Below are positions 62,501 to 64,000 of a stretch of DNA of 64,000 bases, one piece after another. Location: the NCBI GenBank assembly GCA_964247055.1, contig OZ176050.1, positions 5,456,001 to 5,520,000 of the forward strand. Direction: 5' to 3'. The notes under the pieces are model-generated. The model did no database searches. It saw nothing but the letters and a program-made list of their open reading frames with translations, and had not been told where the DNA came from. This DNA is from Paragordius varius (Eukaryota > Animalia > Nematomorpha). A program made the position numbers and the translations under genes. Position 1 is the stretch's first letter, and every line of letters starts with the position of its first letter.

Positions 62501-64000
62501 CTCATATTTGTATGGAAAATATATAATTGATTGTTGAGAAGTTACGGTTGATTGTTGGATATACTCATATTTGATTGGAGAATATAATTTGATTGTTGAG
62601 AGGTTACGGTTGATTGTTGGAAACACTCATATTTGAATGGAAAATATAATATGATTGTTGAGAGGTTACGGTTGATTGTTGGAAATACTCATATTTGTAT
62701 GGAAAATATATAATTGATTGTTGAGAAGTTACGGTTGATTGTTGGATATACTCATATTTGAGTGAAAAATATAATTTGATTCATATTTGAATGGAAAATA
62801 TAATTTGATTGTTGAGAAGTTACGGTTGATTGTTGGATATACTCATATTTGAGTGGAAAATATAATTTGATTGAAGTTACGGTTGATTGTTGGATGTACT
62901 CATATTTGAATGGAAAATATATTTTGATTGTTGAGAAGTTACGGTTGATTATTGGAAATACTCATATTTGTATGGAAAATATATAATTGATTGTTGAGAA
63001 GTTACGGTTGATTGTTGGATATACTCATATTTGATTGGAGAATATAATTTGATTGTTGAGAGGTTACGGTTGATTGTTGGAAACACTCATATTTGAATGG
63101 AAAATATAATTTGATTGTTGAGAAGTTACGGTTTATTGTTGGATATACTCATATTTGAATGGAAAATATAATTTGATTGTTGAGAAGTTACGGTGGATTG
63201 TTGGAAATACTCATATTTGAATGGAAAATATATTTTGATTGTTGAGAAGTTACGGTTGATTGTTGGAAATACTCATATTTGATTGGAGAATATAATTTGA
63301 TTGTTGAGAAGTTACGGATTATTGTTGGATATATTCATATTTGAGTGGAAAATATAATTTGATTGTTGAGAAGTTACGGTTGAATGTTGGATATACTCAT
63401 ATTGAAAATATAATTTGATTGTTGAGAGGTTACGGTTGATTGTTGGAAATACTCATATTTGAATGAAAAATATAATTTGATTGTTGATTACGGTTGATTG
63501 TTGGATATACTCATATTTGAATGGAAAATATAATTTGATTGTTGAGAAGTTACGGTTGATTATTGGATATATTCATATTTGAATGGAAAATATAATTTGA
63601 TTGTTGAGAAGTTACGGTTGATTGTTGGATATACTCATATTTGAGTGGAAAATATAATTTGATTGAAGTTACGGTTGATTGTTGGATGTACTCATATTTG
63701 AATGGAAAATATATTTTGATTGTTGAGAAGTTACGGTTGATTATTGGAAATACTCATATTTGTATGGAAAATATATAATTGATTGTTGAGAAGTTACGGT
63801 TGATTGTTGGATATACTCATATTCGAATGGAAAATATAATTTGATTGTTGAGAAGTTACGGTTTATTGTTGGATATACTCATATTGAAAATATAATTTGA
63901 TTGTTGAGAGGTTACGGTTGATTGTTGGAAATACTCATATTTGAGTGGAAAATATAATTTGATTGTTGAGAAGTTACGGTACATTATTGGAATATACTCA
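41569..64000 (+). repeat. Satellite/minisatellite array, ~62-bp unit, about 360 copies, runs past the window end
   Basis: Consensus GATTGTTGAGAAGTTACGGTTGATTGTTGGATATACTCATATTTGAATGGAAAATATAATTT (e.g. period 62 between 52021 and 52083). Recurrent 57-60-bp deletion variants. The first ~600 bp are degenerate. Confidence 0.98.
54831..61616 (+). repeat. Five copies of a 125-bp non-satellite insert within the array
   Basis: tcgaaaaaagaaagactttactataaaag...tgcgtaattctctcaatttt starts near 54831, 58233, 59954, 61052 and 61492. Confidence 0.95.

Noticed and set aside
41569-64000. CRISPR array
   Set aside because: Units are contiguous with no unique spacers, there are no cas genes, and the context is eukaryotic.

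Overview
Very AT-rich eukaryotic DNA, with metazoan-type gene content; it is not prokaryotic and has no CRISPR array. Bases 1-41.5 kb hold a tightly packed set of spliced genes: an ABTB2/3-like ankyrin-BTB-BACK gene (+), an Act1/CIKS-like SEFIR adaptor (-), TACC (+), CatSper2-like (-) with a nested intronless 7TM ORF, a short unknown ORF (-), SAAL1-like (-) and an AKAP7-like 2H phosphoesterase (+). Most were invisible or fragmented in the ORF track because about 20 GT-AG introns of only 20-36 nt break them. Other introns in the same genes are 1-4.7 kb and filled with hAT, Helitron-like and foldback/MITE elements. Two divergent gene pairs leave almost no room for a promoter, and three minus-strand genes sit nearly end-to-start. 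From about 41.57 kb to the window end there is one tandem array of a ~62-bp unit (three ~21-bp subrepeats), with kb-scale internal duplications and five copies of a 125-bp insert. All gene calls come from manual translation and recalled family motifs; no database search was run and the organism is not identified.
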